Below, piece by piece: positions 61,721 to 64,000 of a stretch of DNA of 64,000 bases. Made by a program: the position numbers and the translations under genes. Source of the stretch: Chrysomallon squamiferum (taxonomy: Eukaryota; Animalia; Mollusca); assembly GCA_012295275.1 (NCBI GenBank), contig CM022666.1:6200001-6264000 (forward strand), given 5' to 3'. Within the stretch, counting starts at the first letter, position 1; every line of letters starts with the position of its first letter. The notes beneath the pieces are model-generated. The model worked only from the letters and a program-made list of their open reading frames with translations. It was not told the DNA's origin and did not search any database.

Positions 61721-64000
61721 CAATAATAATAACTAATAAATTAACAAACATTTATAATAAATAAAACAAAAAAAAACAGAGCACCTAACCCCTAACCCAA
61801 AACTACAAAAAATGAAATAACATTTAAAAACAGCTGTAAAGCTTAATCATTTTCATTAAAATTCAAACATAATAATAATAATAACAATGTATAAAAAGAA
61901 AATGTTTAAAAAAAAAAAATGAAATCACCATTAACAGAATCTATCCTAACAAAAAATACATAAAATATTTAAGTAAAATCTATTGCTTGTCCAGCAAACA
62001 AATAAAAATATGATCTTTAGCCACTGGCTTGTTGTGATAAATATATATATATATATATATATTCATTGTTAACACATGCATATATAAAATTATATATATA
62101 TTGAATATATATGTATTAGTATACCATTTAGTGCACATAAAACAAAATTTCTGTAATAAAAATGGTTATGTAGTTGTCATTAGTTATCAATATACAAAAC
62201 ACAAAAACTGTAATTAAAAATAATGAAAATTAGGTCTTCTGTTAATAATTAATAATAATATTTAAAAACATTAAATTTAAAGAATTTAAAAATCACAAAT
62301 ACTGCAATTAAAAGTAATGCAAGTTATGCCTTCTAAAGTACAGTAACAATAAAATAAATCAAAATAAATTAAATAATAATAATTAAATTTAAACAATATA
62401 TTACTCAAAATAAGTAAAACTAAATTAGTAATAATTAAAATTTAAATTTAAATAATACATTACATAAATAAATAAAAAAAATGATCTGCAGATTAATATA
62501 TTAACAAAAGAAAAAATGTAGTAAACAATAAACAAAAATAATTAAATTACAAACAGTGAAATAAAATGTAGTAATTATTTTCACGATGTGAAGTTAATGT
62601 TAGACAAAATAAATTTAAATTTCTTAAAATCATGCACACTGAACAGAAAATCCAATACTGCAGTAGAAATTATTTTCTTTTAAAAAATATACAATAAATC
62701 TTTTTTTTTTAAAATAGAGACTGGTTAACCAAAAAATAGACTGTGAAAAACCAAAACAAAATAATATCATAATTTAATATATAAACGTCATTAGTAATAA
62801 TAAATGAAAACACCAAAAAAAAATCTTTTAATTAACTTAAGTATATTTTTGTGCTTATATTCTTAAAAATATTCACATTTCATATTTAACAGTTAGAATA
62901 TTCCATAAAAGTTAAAGAACATAAATAACATTTTAATAACAAGAATTTATAAAAAATATTTGATAAAAGTATTACCACTTAGCACCATTCAATGTACAGT
63001 AAAAACAATAATTGTCATAATCTTCTTCTGACCCTTGACATATGCATGCATAATAAAACAATTTTATGGGGTTTTTTGTTTGTTTGTTTGTTTTTTAAAT
63101 ATATGTTTAATTTCAGTGGACCCTCTTAAAAAGAAAACAAATGTTATATTCCTGAGTCATTTCAAACATGAACTAAATCTGACAACAACTAACACAAATG
63201 GAAGACATTTTCTAGAAAATTCCTAAATGTCATCCATTTATGAAATCATTCTGTAATTTACGTTACTATAATTATCAAAAATATCCTTTAAAAAAAAGAA
63301 GAAGAAGGAACAGCAAAAGAAATAAAACACATCAGCGACTGATTTTAGTTATTTTTAAAAAACAAATTGCACTTATTGAGATTAAAACAGTTAGCCAAAA
63401 TAAGCCATTACTAAGGTAAGTACATTTTCAAGGCTCTCTAAATTAACATGCATATGATTCATGGGTAAAAATATGGGCCATACAAAACAATATTCATATG
63501 TTTGAATTCTTCTCAGTGGTACTTTTTACTTCTTTTTTATTATTCATTTTTGTGCTTTCACTGAAAAACAATATCTAAAAAAATATAAAAACATCTTGCA
63601 TTTTTTGTCACATTGTTTCAGTTAATTACTAAAAAAATATTTTATCATTAAACATACAAAATATCACCAAATTCATATCAAACCAAGAAAAAAAAGAAAG
63701 AAAGAACTAAATGTATTTTTTCACTAAAGCCAACACTAACAATCACTTTTTATCAGTACTTTATACCTGAACTCTTTTGCTTACAAGTTCATAAAATTTA
63801 GACTCAATGTAAAACAACTTCAAACAAATGCCTAATAATATTAAAATATTAATTCTTAAGGCCTCAACACAAATGAGATAACCAACATTTTCACTCTTAA
63901 CAAGATAGTGTACAGCGTTTTAGTAAATTTACCTCATGTTTAGAAGAGTTCTTAAGGAGTGTTAAGTGTTACATTCTTACAAAGGCAATGTGTGGCATAC

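Noticed and set aside
61783-61798. cctaacccctaaccc telomere-like motif
   Set aside because: Only about two imperfect units; compatible with chance.

Overview
AT-rich, microsatellite-rich eukaryotic (metazoan, probably molluscan) DNA with spliced genes that the ORF track largely misses. All gene models below were built by eye from GT-AG junctions and exon phases; no database search was possible. (1) A complete 13-exon monoamine oxidase (MAO) gene lies on the minus strand (59202..51152, 518 aa). (2) A tandem array of five copies of a gene ends in a CARD-domain exon (six CARDs in total). Its upstream exons reassemble into a divergent Neuralized-homology-repeat (NHR)-like domain. Every copy is damaged in the NHR part, while four of the six CARDs remain open. 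(3) Nested inside that array (about 4.4-31.4 kb) is a cluster of a 5-exon gene for a secreted Cys-rich protein of about 217 aa, built from phase 1-1 modules with rapidly diverging 3' exons. One copy is intact; the rest are truncated or frameshifted copies and orphan exons. The CARD repeat unit also carries captured MAO 3' exons (including a membrane tail-anchor exon) and an ankyrin-like terminal exon. Also present: Tigger/pogo-like non-autonomous elements, a TIR MITE, two perfect foldback palindromes, a kb-scale inversion, mini- and microsatellites and one 200-N gap. No rRNA, tRNA or CRISPR was seen.
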